Virus record (IMG/VR): IMGVR_UViG_3300028277_000003
Coordinates: 1,436 to 65,435 of that record
Direction: 5' to 3' (one strand)
From: a virus
Taxonomy: Duplodnaviria > Caudoviricetes
DNA: 64,000 nt
Part shown: piece after piece, positions 1 through 7,829 of the stretch
How positions within the stretch are numbered: position 1 is the stretch's first letter
How the letters are laid out: every line of letters starts with the position of its first letter
Notes under the pieces: model-generated
The model's database searches: none
Seen by the model: the letters and a program-made list of their open reading frames with translations, nothing else
Told to the model about the DNA's origin: nothing
Translations under genes and position numbers: made by a program

Positions 1-2
1 CA

Positions 3-116
3 GCGAGATATTTAGATGAGGCTATCCCGTTAGACTTTCAAGGAAACGAAATCCGTTATACACAAGGTAGTCGCATACCAGATAATTTTCGTAATGAATG
101 GGGGTTTAACGAATGA
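3..116 (+). CDS. 3' end of a hypothetical protein (partial, enters from the left edge)
   Basis: Frame 3 is open from base 3 (ARYLDEAIPLDFQGNEIRYTQG...WGFNE*); its TGA overlaps the next ATG (ATGA at 113-116), the coupling pattern used throughout the window. Confidence 0.6.
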   Translation, partial: ARYLDEAIPLDFQGNEIRYTQGSRIPDNFRNEWGFNE

Positions 117-628
117 ACCCCTTCGACAAAGCGTGGCTTTTGCTCAAAGCGCCAATTGTGCCCGGTACGATGCATCAAACCGGGAAAAATGAGTATACCG
201 CTTTGTTTCAAGACCCACAAACTAATGAGATTCTTCCAGTGTATGGTTCTAAGCAATCTTATCCGGTGGCGATTGATGAGCATAATCCTGTGGGTGGAAA
301 TATTGATTCTTACAAAGCACAAATTTTAGAGGCCGGTGGCGAAAAATATGAGCGGGGCGGAAAACTATCGTATGATGATGACCCACGGCGGGCTATGACC
401 AGCATTTCTTCGGCGGATTTTACTAAGCCTGAAGTTGTACCACAGTGGACTCAGACGAGGGGTGAGCATAAAAATAAAGGATATATGCAGTCACTTTATG
501 ATTTTGCGGCGGTTATGGCGGCGAAGGATAAAAATCGAATTGTGCCGTCTGTTAGTCAGACTGAGGCGGTTAAGAATGCGTGGAAAGGTCGGGATGAATG
601 GCCGATACCTGACAATCTAGAGTTTTAA
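113..628 (+). CDS. Tagged protein with C-terminal GNAT acetyltransferase-like domain
   Basis: Starts MNPFDKAWLLLK; C-terminal TQTRGEHKNKGYMQSLYD...IVPSVSQTEAVKNAWK resembles GNAT motif A (xR/KxxGxxxxLY) and the following SQT..W segment. Confidence 0.6.
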   Translation: MNPFDKAWLLLKAPIVPGTMHQTGKNEYTALFQDPQTNEILPVYGSKQSYPVAIDEHNPVGGNIDSYKAQILEAGGEKYERGGKLSYDDDPRRAMTSISSADFTKPEVVPQWTQTRGEHKNKGYMQSLYDFAAVMAAKDKNRIVPSVSQTEAVKNAWKGRDEWPIPDNLEF

Positions 629-679
629 ATGGGAGGATACGCAATGAACCCCTTCGACAAAGCGTGGCTTTTGCTCAAA
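113..679 (+). repeat. Identical 36-bp direct repeat at two gene starts (113-148 and 644-679) encoding MNPFDKAWLLLK
   Basis: atgaaccccttcgacaaagcgtggcttttgctcaaa is present at both positions; the sequences diverge completely afterwards. Confidence 0.95.
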
Positions 680-1120
680 CAAGATACGCGTCAAAGTACG
701 TTAGGTGAGTATCATCCTGATTTTCCTTCTCCATATGGCGATGTGAAGTATTACCATGGGACAACAGTAGAGCCAGCGTCGAGAATTAACTTTGAAGGGT
801 TGAAGCCGACGGAACCTTCCACGCTAGGGTTGAATCAGATGCTAGAAAGATATGGAAGAGAAAAACTAAGTGAAATGTTTCCTAAAGGTGTATATGCAAC
901 CGATAATAAAGATGTAGCAGCCGATTATGCCTACACGAGAGGGCAAAATAGGAATCAACAGGGTCGAATATTTGGAATAAGGGAAGGGGCACCCCAACAA
1001 GCAAATCCTTCAACGAGGCCGCTCGCGCCCGATAACGTATTTCGATATGACGAAAAAATACCGAGACAGTATCTTACTCCGGTAGATTACCCAATTTTAG
1101 GTACGGAGATGAGTGAATGA
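644..1120 (+). CDS. Tagged ADP-ribosyltransferase-fold protein with PIP-box-like motif
   Basis: Start moved from 629 to 644 (GGAGG at 632-636; identical tag). Motifs YYHGT, INFEGLKP, GVYAT, AADYA and IPRQYL are typical of H-Y-type ART/Tpt1-KptA folds; QSTLGEY follows the tag. Confidence 0.7.
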   Translation: MNPFDKAWLLLKQDTRQSTLGEYHPDFPSPYGDVKYYHGTTVEPASRINFEGLKPTEPSTLGLNQMLERYGREKLSEMFPKGVYATDNKDVAADYAYTRGQNRNQQGRIFGIREGAPQQANPSTRPLAPDNVFRYDEKIPRQYLTPVDYPILGTEMSE

Positions 1121-1965
1121 GTGACTTTTCCATTTACGAAGTTGGTCCACGCGACGGTCTACAGAGCGCCGACACAATAACATCAACATATGACAAAGTA
1201 ACCCTGATACGAAAAATTGCTAAGGCCGGTATCAAAAATATTGAAGTTGGCTCAATGGTCAATCCTGACAGAGTTCCTAACATGGCCGATAGCGATGTGG
1301 TTTTTCTCAAAGTTCAAGATTTAGCGCCTGAGCACAATCTCGGTGTCTTAGTGCCTAATCGCAGGGGAGTTGAGAGAGGGAAGGCTGTAGGTGTGGAAAA
1401 GTTCAATATTTTTTTCTCGCCCTCTAATTACTTCAATATCAATAACTTCGGAAAGAGCCTAAATACGATTTTTGCTGAATATTGTGGTGCATTAGACGGA
1501 ATCCGACCCGAAAACGTTAGAGTATACCTTTCTACAGCCTTTGGATGTCCTATGATTGGTGAAATACCACAAGAAGACATGCTAAAAACCATGGAATGGG
1601 CTAATACGCTAGGTGATACTATCGTTTTGTCTGATACAATTGGCAATGCTAATCCGTCCTTAATTCGTAAAGTGATGCGTTTAACGGACAGAAAAATAGA
1701 TGCTAAGATAGCACTACATCTACATCATGGATTTAGAGAGGGTAGAATGTATGATAACTTGTCTGCTGGCTTTGATTGCGGGATTACTCAGTTCGATTCA
1801 AGCATTGGTGGGATGGGTGGATGTCCGTTTGTACCGGGTTCAGGGGGCAATTTAGCCACAGAACAATTAGTACATTGGGCTAGTAAAGAGAATCTTGATT
1901 GTGGTGTTACGACTAAAGACTTAGAACCGCTTATGAAGTTTGTAAATACTAGGCTAAAAGTATAG
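1117..1965 (+). CDS. hmgL: Hydroxymethylglutaryl-CoA lyase (DRE-TIM metallolyase), auxiliary metabolic gene
   Basis: EVGPRDGLQ, VRVYLSTAFGCP, LSDTIG, metal-binding HLH and FDSSIGGMGGCPFVPGSGGNLATE signature with catalytic Cys; full length (282 aa). Confidence 0.92.
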   Translation: MSDFSIYEVGPRDGLQSADTITSTYDKVTLIRKIAKAGIKNIEVGSMVNPDRVPNMADSDVVFLKVQDLAPEHNLGVLVPNRRGVERGKAVGVEKFNIFFSPSNYFNINNFGKSLNTIFAEYCGALDGIRPENVRVYLSTAFGCPMIGEIPQEDMLKTMEWANTLGDTIVLSDTIGNANPSLIRKVMRLTDRKIDAKIALHLHHGFREGRMYDNLSAGFDCGITQFDSSIGGMGGCPFVPGSGGNLATEQLVHWASKENLDCGVTTKDLEPLMKFVNTRLKV

Positions 1966-2018
1966 TAGCGACCACTATTGTCAAACAAACACCAATGATA
2001 ACATGTTGAATTATTTCT

Positions 2019-2048
2019 GCTATTCTAATTCTTAGATAGCCTTTTATT
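2019..2048 (+). terminator. Possible terminator between convergent genes
   Basis: gctat(t)ctaa-ttc-ttagatagc stem followed by cttttatt, lying between the stops of the lyase (+) and the 2059-2850 gene (-). Confidence 0.35.
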
Positions 2049-2058
2049 GCCATAGCAA

Positions 2059-2850
2059 TCATGTTACGGCGACCTGCCCGCCAGTTCCTGTACTGGCTTT
2101 TGCTCGACCTGCTGATGACAAATCTTCAATTCTTTTCATTTCGGCTTGTTGTTTGGCTTGATTATTTGCCATAGTTTGAGATGCCATCTGTTGTGCACCT
2201 GAAACCACACCGACAGTCCCCGCCTGCAATGCTTGTTTCTCCCCAGCGCTCAATGCTTCTGCTTTTGAACCATCAACGAGTTGTGTTTCGGTTGTGCTAG
2301 TATTGGTTAACCCCATACTACCATCACTATTCTTGTGTTGCCCCACCGCTTCATCTAAAGCCCTTCTTTTTGCTCCGGCTATTTGCTGTCCACTTGGATT
2401 CTGTGATATGGTTTCAGGAAGGCTACCTCCGCCTTGAAAATCATTTAAGGTTGGCTGTGGTGGTATAGAAGAGGCTTGGGGTTGCAAATCTTTTACTTGT
2501 TGCGAGTTTTCTAAGTAACTATCCCAATCTTTAGCACCTTCAGGTAGATTCAAACCTTCAGGTATATTTTTATATCCTCTTACTTTTACAGGATTTTGTT
2601 TCATGCCTGTATACCCTTTGCCTCTAAGAGCGTTCAAAGTATTACCTTTAGGAACTTGAGTTATTTTTCCCGCAGTCCTTGCATTTTTAACAGCAGCAAA
2701 TCTTTTGGCCGCCGCGCTAAGTAATTTATTTCCACCCGCTCTACCCGCTTGTGTTACTAATGCACCTGTTAATAACGGTAACGCTTGTACGAACTTTTCC
2801 ATGTTGTCTTTACCTTTCACCACTAAAACAGAAGGTGTGGCGGCTCCCAT
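2059..2850 (-). CDS. Ala/Gly/Gln-rich hypothetical protein, possible internal virion/ejection protein
   Basis: Only credible minus-strand gene; ATG at 2850 is preceded by AGGTGGGAG (RBS); N-terminus SVLVVKGKDNMEK-FVQALPLLTGAL, C-terminal helical Q/A-rich region. Confidence 0.7.
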   Translation of the reverse strand: MGAATPSVLVVKGKDNMEKFVQALPLLTGALVTQAGRAGGNKLLSAAAKRFAAVKNARTAGKITQVPKGNTLNALRGKGYTGMKQNPVKVRGYKNIPEGLNLPEGAKDWDSYLENSQQVKDLQPQASSIPPQPTLNDFQGGGSLPETISQNPSGQQIAGAKRRALDEAVGQHKNSDGSMGLTNTSTTETQLVDGSKAEALSAGEKQALQAGTVGVVSGAQQMASQTMANNQAKQQAEMKRIEDLSSAGRAKASTGTGGQVAVT

Positions 2851-3010
2851 ACTCCCACCTGTATTGCGGTGATGATGAGTGGTATGGAAAGAAGAAGTTG
2901 CAACAACTTGAACCTGCGGAAAGGGAACCACCACGAATACAGCACGAAGCGTAACATATTAGAAGTATCGCACTAGTAGAGAAGGTGTTAGCAGTACGGC
3001 GGAGAGCAAA

Positions 3011-3274
3011 ATGAAACCAATAGATGCAGCAATAAAACTTCTAAAATCTACCCCTTCTGCTCAAGTCGCTATGCAACACGATATGCCTTCTTACATGGAA
3101 GAAGCACTAAATCAAAGCGGTAAAACTCGTTCTGATAGCCGAAAAAAGAAAGACAAGGCATCAAAACTACGTCAAAAAATAGACGACCACGAAGAAGATT
3201 CTCAAATAATTGATTTTTACAGACAGAATCATCCTGAGTGGTTTGATTCATTTAGAAGTGGCGAAGGTGAGTAA
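3011..3274 (+). CDS. Small tagged hypothetical protein
   Basis: GGAGAG RBS; begins MKPIDAAIKLLK-S, a tag variant. Confidence 0.75.
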   Translation: MKPIDAAIKLLKSTPSAQVAMQHDMPSYMEEALNQSGKTRSDSRKKKDKASKLRQKIDDHEEDSQIIDFYRQNHPEWFDSFRSGEGE

Positions 3275-3854
3275 ATTGGATAAAAAACCAAAGAAAGGCG
3301 TTGCAGTAGTTATCAGCATTGGCCCAAAAATGAAAACTAAGCCCACCGATGCCGCTACTCCCGAAATGCCAATAAAGAAGTATGGTTCAATGCCGATGAA
3401 AAAGGCATGGAGCATTCTAAAAAATGAAGATTACCCTCCTATGAGTACTCGCTCAACACCAAGAAGTAGCCCTTATCGTTTTATGAATGAAAATCGTATT
3501 CATAGAGAAGGGGCGCAAAATCACGCTAGAGAAGATGACATAAACGATTCAGAATACGAAGATATGGAAGATATGGAACCGCCATATGGTAAACCTGAGT
3601 TTGGTAATGAAGGTGCACGTGAAGCAGAAATGAATCAAGCAGAACGTGCTGCAATAATGGCAGAAGGTATGCCTGAAATGCAAAGGCCACGTAGTGCACC
3701 TAGACCGGGTGACCCTAGATTTAGAGGCTCTAGAAGAAGTGATGCACCTCCCAATTCAGAAGGGTATCCTCCATTCTTTAATTCAGATGTTGAAGATTCT
3801 GCTCATAATCAACCAAGACCTAGTATGCCAAGAGACGTTTTTGCAAACAGGTGA
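3267..3854 (+). CDS. Low-complexity tagged hypothetical protein
   Basis: In the 3210-3854 ORF; GTG at 3267 overlaps the previous gene end; internal PMKKAWSILK tag; P/R/E/M-rich, probably disordered. Confidence 0.7.
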   Translation: MSKLDKKPKKGVAVVISIGPKMKTKPTDAATPEMPIKKYGSMPMKKAWSILKNEDYPPMSTRSTPRSSPYRFMNENRIHREGAQNHAREDDINDSEYEDMEDMEPPYGKPEFGNEGAREAEMNQAERAAIMAEGMPEMQRPRSAPRPGDPRFRGSRRSDAPPNSEGYPPFFNSDVEDSAHNQPRPSMPRDVFANR

Positions 3855-4300
3855 TTGGGTTGACTGCATTCAATGAGGCTTGGCAATTTCTCAAAACCGA
3901 GCCAATTGATATGCATCAAGGCTCAGATGGAACTTGGCGTGCACCTCAGGAAGATATAACACCAGAAAAAAAATTGTGGCAACAAATCCAAGCAAGAAAC
4001 GCACAGGCTAGGCAAAACTTGAGTGAAGACGTTTCCCACGCTCCAACTCAGGAAGAATTAGAAGCACACCCTGATTTTGGTAAAACGTGGTTTCCTAATT
4101 ACATTCCTAAAGATTACACAGGTAACACGATGGTTAACTCAGAAACAGGCAATTACGACCCGAATGACCCTAAAGGTTGGCATCCTATGGGGGAACCGGA
4201 GTTACCTGAAGGCATGACTATGGGAAACTATTTGGAGAGACAAAGTGAGCAGAATCCTGAACATCGGCGGTTAGGCCAAAGTGATAACCTTAGGAGATGA
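3851..4300 (+). CDS. Tagged hypothetical protein
   Basis: GTGA overlap with the previous stop; AFNEAWQFLK tag near the N-terminus. Confidence 0.75.
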   Translation: MIGLTAFNEAWQFLKTEPIDMHQGSDGTWRAPQEDITPEKKLWQQIQARNAQARQNLSEDVSHAPTQEELEAHPDFGKTWFPNYIPKDYTGNTMVNSETGNYDPNDPKGWHPMGEPELPEGMTMGNYLERQSEQNPEHRRLGQSDNLRR

Positions 4301-4375
4301 TGCGATGTGGACTCGGTAACACTTGGTTTGGTCCTAAACCTACATCACAACCGGGGTATTCAGGATGGATGTAAA

Positions 4376-6670
4376 ATGGTATTCAATAAATCTTGGAACT
4401 ATTTGAAAAGTGATTGGTCGTCTACTGATAGTTTATATGGTAATGAGTATGAAGATGAACCTAGTATAGAAAGAAAAAGACATACAGTAGATAATAATTA
4501 TCAAACCACGATACCACAATTTGACCCAAGATTAGATGAAACAACTGGTTGGCAGGGTGTAGAACCTGTTACGGCTATTCGTGTACAAGGAAATCATCGA
4601 AAGGCAGGTCAAGCCGTACCACAAGATGGTTCTAATAAAAACTTTGAAGGAGGTGACCCAAGACTTCCACAAAGGATTCCCGAAATACCCCATGATGATG
4701 ACCCTGTTTGGGATGACCCCGACTCACGATGGAGTAAAGACCCCAAATCGGGTTCAAGATATTATATGTCCGGTAAATATGAAGATGGTAAGTATAACCC
4801 TCGCAGTAAAAAACATTTTGCTGATTTGAAAAATGCAAAGGCTGGAACTTGGGCTGCAAAAAATACTGTCGGAGATATTCGTAATTTATTCACTCATAAC
4901 AACCACGAAAAGTTAGTTTACATTCGTGGAAATCTTGATAAATATGGTAAAGTACACAGAAGAGATAGTGATGAAGCGCAAGAAGATTTAGCAGAAGCGT
5001 TTATCGAACACGACAAAGATATTCCACGCGAAAGCCTTGTTGAAGTACCATTACGCGACCATTATTTACATCAAACGAGAGAGATGGGCACTCCTGACCT
5101 TGGTCCTAATAGACGTTCTAGTGAAAAAGGACGAATTAGTAGGTGGAATGACAAACCAGTACCTTGGGGTGAATCAAGGGAACCAACTAAAAAAATAGAA
5201 GATATGAATGATGATGAGTTTCAAGAATTTCAAGAATCATTATACGATAAAACCCCTGAAGAAATCCATGAGTTAACAAAAGGAAGTCCAATGGACATAG
5301 CCTTCCAGTTGCTCAAGGGAAAGACAAGGCAATCTACTCTTTGGGGTTACGACCCAAAAATGGTAGAGAACTTACTCGCAGAAGATAACAGTAATATTTT
5401 CATCGCCGCTAAACCCGGAAACGATGATATGCCCGATGATGAACAAAATGAGCGTTCGGATAAAATGCTACAAGACCTCGCCGCACTCAAAGAGAAACAT
5501 GGTCACTTCGATATAACCAGTGCCACAGGTAGAGCGCAGTGGGACGCAGAACCATCTTTCATGCTCACTAACGTGCCTGATAGTGCAAGGGATTCCATTA
5601 ATGAGATAGCGGTAAGATACGGTCAGGAATCCATGGGAATCTCGGAAAAGGGGGAGAAAGGGGTGAACTACGTTACACCGGAGGGGGAGGTAAAGGACAA
5701 GTTCAGTAGTATGGAGATGCAGGAAAAACCGGAGTACTCTACAGATTTTCCGAGTAGTCAGAGGCTGGCTTTTACGGGTTGGCAGGAAGCAAATAAGGCT
5801 AATCCAATGCACATAGCCTTCCAGTTGCTTAAGGGTTGGGCAGGTGGTGTTAGAGGTATAGGTAATAATGCCACGGACAACATTTATCATTATCCACACG
5901 AATTAGATTACGGCTCGATAGACGAATATATGGGTGAGAATCCTGATGCTACTCTCGGTAGTATGGTAACGCCGTATCTACAAGGACAGTTTACAAATAA
6001 TCCTCCTACAAATCCGCCAGCCTATCAAAGTGAAAGACCTACTCAATTACAAAGCACAGTTCCGGCACCTTTTCCACAAACCCCTGAACAAACAAAAGGC
6101 GTTCAGAATCTTATTAATGAGGGATTCGATGACTACGAGTCTAGGGACAGCGTAAGAAAACCTCATTATGACAGCATGAATAATGCAGTCAGAGTATTAT
6201 CTAGAAATTTAAGAGGAAACCCTGCATACAATTTTACGCCACCGGGAAGATTGCGAGGTACTAAGGGACAGGGCGGTAGAAGTAGGCAAATGCAGAATAT
6301 GAAACTACGAAGTATGTTAGATACCCCTGTATCTCAAAGCATGGCAGAGATGAACATACCGAAACAAGGAATATCAATTGCGGCAGGTGAACCAATGGAC
6401 ATAGCCTTCCAGTTGCTCAAAGAGCGCAAGTCACCAGCAGCATTTGCTCACAAGTTAGAGTATGACAAGCAATATCAAAAGACACCTAAGCGCGTAAAGT
6501 ACCGTGAGCAATTAAACGCAGAGCGTAGGAAGCGTGGCATATACGGTAAGGGTGGTGCGGATGTTAGCCACACACAAGGTGGTAAACTCACTCTTGAAAG
6601 CGCACATGCTAATAGAGCAAGACATTTCAAAAACAAAGGCACTCTCCGCAGGGTCAAGGTGAAAAAATGA
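4376..6670 (+). CDS. Four-module tagged polyprotein (ART-like?, SAM-lyase/DUF3293-like, unknown, HNH-like)
   Basis: Likely start ATG 4376 (MVFNKSWNYLK tag); three internal PM[DH]IAFQLLK repeats delimit unrelated modules. Confidence 0.75.
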   Translation: MVFNKSWNYLKSDWSSTDSLYGNEYEDEPSIERKRHTVDNNYQTTIPQFDPRLDETTGWQGVEPVTAIRVQGNHRKAGQAVPQDGSNKNFEGGDPRLPQRIPEIPHDDDPVWDDPDSRWSKDPKSGSRYYMSGKYEDGKYNPRSKKHFADLKNAKAGTWAAKNTVGDIRNLFTHNNHEKLVYIRGNLDKYGKVHRRDSDEAQEDLAEAFIEHDKDIPRESLVEVPLRDHYLHQTREMGTPDLGPNRRSSEKGRISRWNDKPVPWGESREPTKKIEDMNDDEFQEFQESLYDKTPEEIHELTKGSPMDIAFQLLKGKTRQSTLWGYDPKMVENLLAEDNSNIFIAAKPGNDDMPDDEQNERSDKMLQDLAALKEKHGHFDITSATGRAQWDAEPSFMLTNVPDSARDSINEIAVRYGQESMGISEKGEKGVNYVTPEGEVKDKFSSMEMQEKPEYSTDFPSSQRLAFTGWQEANKANPMHIAFQLLKGWAGGVRGIGNNATDNIYHYPHELDYGSIDEYMGENPDATLGSMVTPYLQGQFTNNPPTNPPAYQSERPTQLQSTVPAPFPQTPEQTKGVQNLINEGFDDYESRDSVRKPHYDSMNNAVRVLSRNLRGNPAYNFTPPGRLRGTKGQGGRSRQMQNMKLRSMLDTPVSQSMAEMNIPKQGISIAAGEPMDIAFQLLKERKSPAAFAHKLEYDKQYQKTPKRVKYREQLNAERRKRGIYGKGGADVSHTQGGKLTLESAHANRARHFKNKGTLRRVKVKK

Positions 6671-7023
6671 GTAATTATCCGTCATACCCAACGACACCTC
6701 CTAAAAAATGTGAATATTGTAATGGTGCTGGAATTATTGACCCTTATGGTGATGAAGAGGATGTGGCTCAGGCTGACCCAAGATATCCACATGAAACATG
6801 TTGGAAGTGCAAAGGAACAGGTATACAGACAGAATGGTCATTTAACCCATATATGCCTTCTTTCCACCCCCCTTCTTTCCACCCCCCTTCTTACCACGCC
6901 CCTCCCCCGTCCAAAATGGAATTAGGAGAGCCAACAATTAATTTTGACCCTGAATGGCAAGAAATGAATAAAAGTTCTAGTGTTGCATTTTCATTAGCGT
7001 GGAACTTACTTAAATCAGAATAA
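6667..7023 (+). CDS. DnaJ-type zinc-finger protein with C-terminal tag
   Basis: CEYCNGAG and CWKCKGTG (two CxxCxGxG motifs), SFHPP tandem repeat, ends AFSLAWNLLKSE. Confidence 0.75.
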   Translation: MSNYPSYPTTPPKKCEYCNGAGIIDPYGDEEDVAQADPRYPHETCWKCKGTGIQTEWSFNPYMPSFHPPSFHPPSYHAPPPSKMELGEPTINFDPEWQEMNKSSSVAFSLAWNLLKSE

Positions 7024-7024
7024 A

Positions 7025-7108
7025 CTGTCCGATAATTCCGATTGTACGTCTATACAAATATACATAATATTACTTGTATATAGACAATACATTAGATTAT
7101 TCGGACAG
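7025..7108. repeat. Long imperfect intergenic inverted repeat (about 84 nt)
   Basis: ctgtccgataat pairs with attat(t)cggacag; inner tgta-c-gtcta-tacaa pairs with ttgta-ta-tagac-aa-taca; AT-rich loop. Confidence 0.75.
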
Positions 7109-7155
7109 CCAACCCTTAAGATGACCCCCACTGTGGGCTAACACGAGGTCACAGC

Positions 7156-7815
7156 ATGAGCAGAGATGTAGGGGATACAAACGAAATGAAAATGACAGGG
7201 TTGATTTTATCTCAATCGGCCTTAGTTGGATTAGCAATAGGAGTATATAGTTCGGGTTTATGGATGCCCGCAGGTTCAAGTGCAAGTTCAACAATAGATG
7301 GTATGACTTATGCGATGGGTGCGCTTGCAGTTCAAACAATAGCATATTATTTGTTTAAGATGTTCTTTGAACAGTCTATGAAAGAGAAAGTGGAAGTTGC
7401 AGAATTACAAAGAAACAGGCAGAATATGTATAGACAGCAGCAAATGGGCTTTGACCAACGTAGAGTAGATTTAGAATTAAGGCAAATGGAATTACAATTA
7501 GAAAATGAATTACGTATGATGCACGAAGACCCTAATAGAGTATTAGATAATAATCAATTTTTTAATGGTGGTGCCGTTAGTGCTGGCGTTAAAGGAGACT
7601 ATCATAATACCTTCAACCCCGGACTCGTACCTGCGCATGGTGCAAAAAATGAGGCACCTATGAATCTTGGACTTTCTAGTACACAGCAAGCAGTTGATTC
7701 ATTGAATCAATCAAATATACCATCGCGTACTTTACCTATACCACCAAGAGATGGACAACCATCAAACCAGCGAATGAAAAAAGATGGTACACCGGATTTA
7801 AGATATAGAACCTAG
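7156..7815 (+). CDS. Membrane protein (2 TM helices) with coiled coil
   Basis: Hydrophobic segments LILSQSALVGLAIGVYSSGLW and MTYAMGALAVQTIAYYLFKMFF, followed by a Q/E/R/L-rich helix; GAGGT RBS. Confidence 0.8.
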   Translation: MSRDVGDTNEMKMTGLILSQSALVGLAIGVYSSGLWMPAGSSASSTIDGMTYAMGALAVQTIAYYLFKMFFEQSMKEKVEVAELQRNRQNMYRQQQMGFDQRRVDLELRQMELQLENELRMMHEDPNRVLDNNQFFNGGAVSAGVKGDYHNTFNPGLVPAHGAKNEAPMNLGLSSTQQAVDSLNQSNIPSRTLPIPPRDGQPSNQRMKKDGTPDLRYRT

Positions 7816-7829
7816 TGTGGTAGGACAAG

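Noticed and set aside
2751-3010. Short + strand ORFs and the 2934 upstream start of the minus-strand gene
   Set aside because: An RBS supports ATG 2850; the remainder is best read as a divergent promoter region, and the short ORFs have no supporting features
5288-6421. 30-bp repeats as a CRISPR or mini-CRISPR array
   Set aside because: Spacing is about 500-590 bp, all copies are in frame within coding sequence, variation is mostly at synonymous positions, and no cas genes are seen
6667-7023. Full DnaJ chaperone
   Set aside because: Only two CxxCxGxG motifs are present; there is no J-domain with HPD or substrate-binding domain
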